NCBI GenBank assembly: GCA_030950645.1
Contig: JAUZRF010000014.1
Coordinates: 6,670 to 38,669 of the forward strand
Length of the DNA stretch: 32,000 nucleotides
Source of the DNA: Mariprofundales bacterium
GTDB taxonomy: Bacteria; Pseudomonadota; Zetaproteobacteria; Mariprofundales; J009
Direction: 5' to 3'
Positions 28,367 through 32,000 of the stretch are shown here, piece after piece (position 1 is the stretch's first letter; each line of letters starts with the position of its first letter). A program made the position numbers and the translations under genes. The notes under the pieces were generated by a model. That model searched no databases and was not told where the DNA came from. It was given only the letters and a program-made list of their open reading frames with translations.

Positions 28367-28698
28367 TTATAGTGCAATGCGTTTAATCCCTTGTTTGATA
28401 AGTGGTAACTACTCAGCTCACTCCCGGTTTTTCTGATAGCGGCGTTGAAAAATGCTCATTTACAGTAGTAAACTCCGCTTTTTCGCCTTGCTATCAGAAA
28501 AACCGGAAGCAATCTGAGCAGTTACAGCCATTTTCTGGTCGGGTGCTGAGTCGTTACGATAAGTGGAACATTGAAGTTCACCAATAGTCCCAGCTTGGTG
28601 TTGGTCAGCTTCATATAGGTGAGAATTTGGGCTTGATGCACGCGAAAGATTGCATCAACTACATGGCGGGAGAGCGTATTGAGAGTGTTGCTAACCAT
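28367..28698 (-). pseudogene. GxxExxY-family (PD-(D/E)XK-like) gene remnant: internal deletion of the catalytic core and disruption by a MITE insertion
   Basis: Removing 28405-28557 and one TSD copy gives [21 protein letters not shown]|[35 protein letters not shown]. The N-terminal (LS..I..AI.VH) and C-terminal (AQ.L.Y.K....K.GLL.NF...L.K.GIKRI) signatures of the family are present. About 70 central residues are missing. Confidence 0.75.
28405..28557 (+). mobile_element. MITE-like element, copy 7 (lineage II), 153 bp, inserted into the GxxExxY remnant
   Basis: GTAACTACTCAGC ... GCTGAGTCGTTAC. A perfect 8-bp direct repeat GATAAGTG lies at 28397-28404 and 28558-28565. Excision restores the reading frame. 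Confidence 0.96.
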
Positions 28699-28743
28699 TT
28701 TTCCTTTGTGTCTTCGTGCCTTTGTGGTTATTTTCCTCTTTCT

Positions 28744-30198
28744 TCATCCCACGGCACCCTCTAAAGAGACCTCCATCAGTCGGTTGGCCTCGACAGCGAA
28801 CTCCATCGGCAATACATCGAAGACATCCTTGCAGAAGCCGTTGACGATCATCTGGATCGCATCCTCCTCGGATAGCCCGCGTTGCTGGCAGTAGAAGAGC
28901 TGATCTTCATTGATCTTGGAGGTGGTGGCCTCGTGTTCCACGGTGGCGGTTGGATTGGCCACCTCCATGTAGGGGAAGGTGTGGGCGCCGCACTGGTCGC
29001 CGAGTAGCAGCGAGTCGCACTGGGTGTGGTTGCGCGCCCCTTCTGCCCCTTTGCCGATTTTGACCAGTCCGCGATAGGATTGGTTGCCGTGACCTGCGGC
29101 GATCCCTTTGGAAATAATGGTGCTTTTGGTGCGTTTGCCGAGGTGGATCATCTTGGTGCCGGTATCGGCCTGTTGGTAGTTGTTGGTCAGTGCGACCGAA
29201 AAGAACTCGCCCACCGAATCATCACCGCGCAGCACGCAGCTGGGGTATTTCCAGGTGATGGCGGAGCCAGTCTCCACCTGGGTCCACGAGATGCGGGCGC
29301 GCGCCCCTCGGCAGTCACCGCGTTTGGTGACGAAGTTGTAGATGCCGCCGACGCCATTTTCATCGCCAGGATACCAGTTTTGCACCGTGGCGTACTTGAT
29401 CTGGGCATCTTCCAGTGCTACCAACTCCACCACTGCGGCATGGAGCTGGTTTTCATCGCGCATCGGGGCGGTGCACCCCTCCAGGTAGGAGACGAAGGCG
29501 GCATCTTCGGCAATAATCAGGGTGCGCTCGAATTGGCCGGTGTTGGCGGCGTTGATGCGAAAGTAGGTGGAGAGCTCCATCGGGCAACGCACCCCTTTGG
29601 GGATGAAAACAAAGGAGCCATCGGTGAACACCGCCGAGTTAAGGGCGGCAAAGAAGTTGTCGCTCGGTGGCACCACGCTACCGAGGTAGGCTTGCACCAA
29701 CTCTGGATATTCGCGCACCGCTTCCGAGATCGGGCAGAAGATTACCCCCGCCTCTTTGAGCTTGGCTTTGAAGGTGGTGGCAACCGATACCGAATCGAAT
29801 ATCGCATCGACCGCCACGCCGGCCAACATCTCCTGCTCCCGTAGTGGAATCCCTAGCTTGGCGTAGGTTTCCAACAGCTTAGGATCTACCTCATCCAGGC
29901 TTTTTGGGCCATCGCCTTTGCTTTTTGGCGCGGAGTAGTAGGAGATGGCTTGGTAATCGATTGGTGTGAAATTGACATCTGCCCAGGTCGGCTCAGAGAT
30001 GGTGAGCCAGTGGCGAAAAGCCTCTAGTCGCCACTCGGTGAGCCAGGTTGGCTCCTCCTTTTTGGCTGAGATGTGGCGAATCGTCGCCTCGCTTAGACCC
30101 GGCGGCAGGGTATCTTGCTCAATGTCGGTGACAAAACCGGCATCGTAATCGCGGTTGGCAAAGTCGGCGGCGGTAGGGGTATCAGTAGGGTTGCTCAT
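28744..30198 (-). CDS. sufB: Fe-S cluster assembly protein SufB
   Basis: The start is taken at MSNPTDTP (ATG 30198, ATGA overlap with the regulator stop). The product is 484 aa (485 codons including the stop), with typical SufB sequence (e.g. [32 protein letters not shown]). Confidence 0.95.
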   Translation of the reverse strand: MSNPTDTPTAADFANRDYDAGFVTDIEQDTLPPGLSEATIRHISAKKEEPTWLTEWRLEAFRHWLTISEPTWADVNFTPIDYQAISYYSAPKSKGDGPKSLDEVDPKLLETYAKLGIPLREQEMLAGVAVDAIFDSVSVATTFKAKLKEAGVIFCPISEAVREYPELVQAYLGSVVPPSDNFFAALNSAVFTDGSFVFIPKGVRCPMELSTYFRINAANTGQFERTLIIAEDAAFVSYLEGCTAPMRDENQLHAAVVELVALEDAQIKYATVQNWYPGDENGVGGIYNFVTKRGDCRGARARISWTQVETGSAITWKYPSCVLRGDDSVGEFFSVALTNNYQQADTGTKMIHLGKRTKSTIISKGIAAGHGNQSYRGLVKIGKGAEGARNHTQCDSLLLGDQCGAHTFPYMEVANPTATVEHEATTSKINEDQLFYCQQRGLSEEDAIQMIVNGFCKDVFDVLPMEFAVEANRLMEVSLEGAVG

Positions 30199-30671
30199 GA
30201 TTCCTCCAGATAGATTGGGGTGGTGTGGTGGTGGTGAATGGTCGGTTGATGAACAAATCTTGGTTGAAAATCTTCGCCTGCCATGTCGGCTAGGGTGATG
30301 GAGTTGAGTAGCGTACGCATCGCCTCGTTGATGCGCTGCCAGTTGCCGCGTAGGGCGCAATCGTGCTGCTGATCACACTGGCTGTGGTCACTATTGCACT
30401 CGGTGAGCGCGATCTCACCCTCCAGCGCATCGACCACCTCTTTTACGGTGATGGCCGATGGCTGCCGCGCCAGACGATAGCCGCCTTGGGCACCGCGCTG
30501 AGAGACGAGAAGGTTTTTATTTAGTAATGATTGCAAAACCTTACTTACGGTTGGCGCAGGCACACCGGTGGCTAGTGACAGGCCATTGGCCTTCCATACC
30601 GGCTGCTCGGAGGCGGCAAGATGTGACATCAGTAGCATGCCATAATCGGTGATTTTTGAGAGACGAAGCAT
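30195..30671 (-). CDS. Rrf2-family transcriptional regulator (SUF-system Fe-S assembly regulator type)
   Basis: [19 protein letters not shown] is an Rrf2 wHTH. The Cys cluster is [15 protein letters not shown]. It is translationally coupled to sufB. An alternative TTG start at 30692 would add 7 aa. Confidence 0.85.
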   Translation of the reverse strand: MLRLSKITDYGMLLMSHLAASEQPVWKANGLSLATGVPAPTVSKVLQSLLNKNLLVSQRGAQGGYRLARQPSAITVKEVVDALEGEIALTECNSDHSQCDQQHDCALRGNWQRINEAMRTLLNSITLADMAGEDFQPRFVHQPTIHHHHTTPIYLEES

Positions 30672-30700
30672 AGAATCGTAGTGGTACTCCAATGTGGAGC

Positions 30701-30728
30701 ATTCTAGTCCGGATTAAATCGCTGGCAA
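30701..30728 (-). promoter_or_regulatory. Candidate sigma-70 promoter of the suf operon
   Basis: Minus strand TTGCCA (30728-30723), a 16-nt spacer, then TAGAAT (30706-30701), just upstream of the regulator start codons. Confidence 0.35.
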
Positions 30729-30781
30729 GTTTTTTGATCTCCTCACCCTTGCAGGGGGAGGGGTAACAGAGGAGAGCGGCC

Positions 30782-31600
30782 TTACTTTTGGAGGGGGTGC
30801 AGGGTTCGTTGGCGCTGGGTGAAGTGGCTGATTTGATGGATGCCGCACTGGAGGAGCAGGTTGCGGCATGCTGGTTGGGCGTGGCCGACATGCTGTGGTT
30901 GGTGGGCATCGGAGCCATAGCTGAAGGGGATGGAGCGCGCGGCTGCGCGCTCGATGATGCGGGGGTGGGGGTAGATCTCTGCTACCGGTTTGCGCAGACC
31001 CGCAGCACTGATCTCTAAGGCGACTCCGGCGCGTTGTACCGCCATCAGCATCGCCTCCTCGGCTTCAATAATCCTCGGCATTTCACTGGCTGAGGGGCGA
31101 TGACCGAACTTTTTGGCTAGGTCGGGGTGTCCCAAGGTGTCAAACAGCCCCGATGCGGCGGATGCGGCCACCTGGGCATAGTAATCAATATAGACTTGTT
31201 CGATGCCGACCTCATCCCAATGCTGGCGCTGATCTGGATCATCGAAGGCCCAACTGTCGAGGTAGTGCACTGAGCCGATGAGATAGTCCCATGGATAAGC
31301 AGCAGCGAGCTCATGGACAAACGCTTCGCAGCCAGGGCGCCAGTCCACCTCCAATCCGAGGCGGATGGTGAGGGTATCCGCAAATTCAATTTGCGCGGCC
31401 ATCACCTCAGCGACATAACCATCCAGCTCGTCATGGCGCATCCGCCAATCGTCGTCAAAGGGCGTGGGCATGGGGGAATGGTCAGAGATGCCGATCTCAG
31501 AGAGGCCAGCCGTGATGGCGGCGCGCGCATAGTCGGCCACTCGCCCTTCGGCATGGTTACAACGCGGGGTGTGCATGTGATAGTCGGGGAGTGGGGTCAT
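30782..31600 (-). CDS. PHP-domain phosphatase (histidinol-phosphatase HisJ family)
   Basis: 272 aa with YHMHT at the N-terminus, ISDHSP and GSDAH metal-ligand motifs. Confidence 0.75.
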   Translation of the reverse strand: MTPLPDYHMHTPRCNHAEGRVADYARAAITAGLSEIGISDHSPMPTPFDDDWRMRHDELDGYVAEVMAAQIEFADTLTIRLGLEVDWRPGCEAFVHELAAAYPWDYLIGSVHYLDSWAFDDPDQRQHWDEVGIEQVYIDYYAQVAASAASGLFDTLGHPDLAKKFGHRPSASEMPRIIEAEEAMLMAVQRAGVALEISAAGLRKPVAEIYPHPRIIERAAARSIPFSYGSDAHQPQHVGHAQPACRNLLLQCGIHQISHFTQRQRTLHPLQK

Positions 31601-31829
31601 ATCATGGGGCTCCTTGAGGCTTTACCAAGGTGGCAAGGCTAGCGCCAAGTCCAAACAAGTTGGAGTGGCAGGGGCTCTTCTTTTGTTCTGAGCAAAGGGT
31701 TTCGTAAAGATGGGAATGGTATAGTGCGTTGTTGTGGATAGAGAATGGTTGCGTGGAGCAGTACTCTTCGTAGTCTGCCGCCGTTACTTTGCATGTGATC
31801 AACTATATCCGCAGGAGGTTTCACTTAAG

Positions 31830-32000
31830 GTGAAGAATCTAACTATTGCCAACAAACTAAAGATGATCATGCTGATCATGACCTTGGGGATGGCCACCGC
31901 TGGCGGTATTCACCAGTGGTCACTGCACCGTCTTGATGGGCTGGCCAATCAGCTTGAGTCAGGTGGTAAGTTGATGGAGGTCAACAATGGCTTAACGGGG
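31830..32000 (+). CDS. Methyl-accepting chemotaxis protein, N-terminal fragment (runs off the window)
   Basis: GTG start 11 nt after GCAGGAGG. VKNLTIANKLKMIMLIMTLGMATAGGIHQWSL... is a typical MCP N-terminus with a TM1 helix. Only 57 codons are visible. Confidence 0.45.
   Translation, partial: MKNLTIANKLKMIMLIMTLGMATAGGIHQWSLHRLDGLANQLESGGKLMEVNNGLTG

Larger units (their letters stand above)
28329..28729. repeat. Hairpin repeat, family 2 ('loaded' form): perfect 26-bp inverted arms enclosing 349 bp (GxxExxY remnant plus MITE copy 7)
   Basis: AACCACAAAGGCACGAAGACACAAAG at 28329-28354 is the exact reverse complement of 28704-28729. It lies inside the 435-bp sufB-sufC spacer. Confidence 0.9.

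Noticed and set aside
28402-28587. ORFs reading through MITE copies, e.g. 28402-28587 (+, 61 aa) and 104-535 (-).
   Set aside because: Start and stop codons lie in unrelated flanking DNA and differ at every copy, so no ORF is conserved across copies. The element is better explained as non-coding.
30199-30360. N-terminal extensions offered by the ORF track for sufB (to 30360) and atpC (to 14030).
   Set aside because: The extensions overlap the upstream gene and encode non-homologous R/H/P-rich sequence. Internal ATGs at 30198 and 13973 give canonical N-termini and sit at stop/start junctions typical of coupled operon genes.
30730-30770. GC-rich inverted repeat CTCCTCACCC-TTGCA-GGGGGAGGGG between the PHP phosphatase stop and the suf promoter, considered as a terminator.
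   Set aside because: 8 of 10 positions pair, but there is no U-tract after the hairpin in the minus (transcribed) orientation; the T-run lies on the wrong side. It may still be a stabilising hairpin, but that is not supportable from sequence alone.

Overview
This window is housekeeping chromosome with gamma/beta-proteobacterial synteny; I cannot name the species. On the + strand are yqeY-dnaG-rpoD, then mrp/apbC (-), then rsfS-rlmH and a thioredoxin-fold gene (+). From about 7.6 kb a 24-kb minus-strand block follows, read from high to low coordinates: PHP phosphatase, Rrf2-type SUF regulator, sufB-sufC-sufD-sufS-sufU-sufT, metK, SAH riboswitch plus ahcY, a small ORF, atpIBEFHAGDC, glmU, glmS, hpnD-like and hpnE-like genes. 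The 5' end of a chemoreceptor gene (+) sits at the right edge. The coding content is ordinary; the intergenic DNA is not. (1) A palindromic 121-bp element, also present as a 152-153-bp form with a reiterated right terminus, occurs in 6 near-full copies plus 2 deletion derivatives (82 and 42 bp) and fragments. Six insertions carry perfect, site-specific 8-bp target-site duplications. One insertion can be computationally excised to restore an ORF. This marks a mobile, non-autonomous MITE-like family, and no transposase lies in the window. Copies sit in a divergent promoter region, inside the atp terminator, on the glmS stop codon, in a ribosome-binding site and inside the suf operon. (2) A second, unrelated hairpin-repeat family has arms built from CAC-N5 periods and occurs three times. 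In the sufB-sufC spacer its perfect 26-bp arms enclose an internally deleted GxxExxY-family pseudogene, which is itself hit by the MITE. This architecture resembles rRNA intervening sequences. (3) A cluster of consensus DnaA boxes lies in an AT-rich spacer between convergent genes. Lesser items are an rpoD C-terminal tail with a 12-bp tandem repeat, an hpnE-like gene whose Rossmann motif lies upstream of any canonical start, and a structured metK leader.
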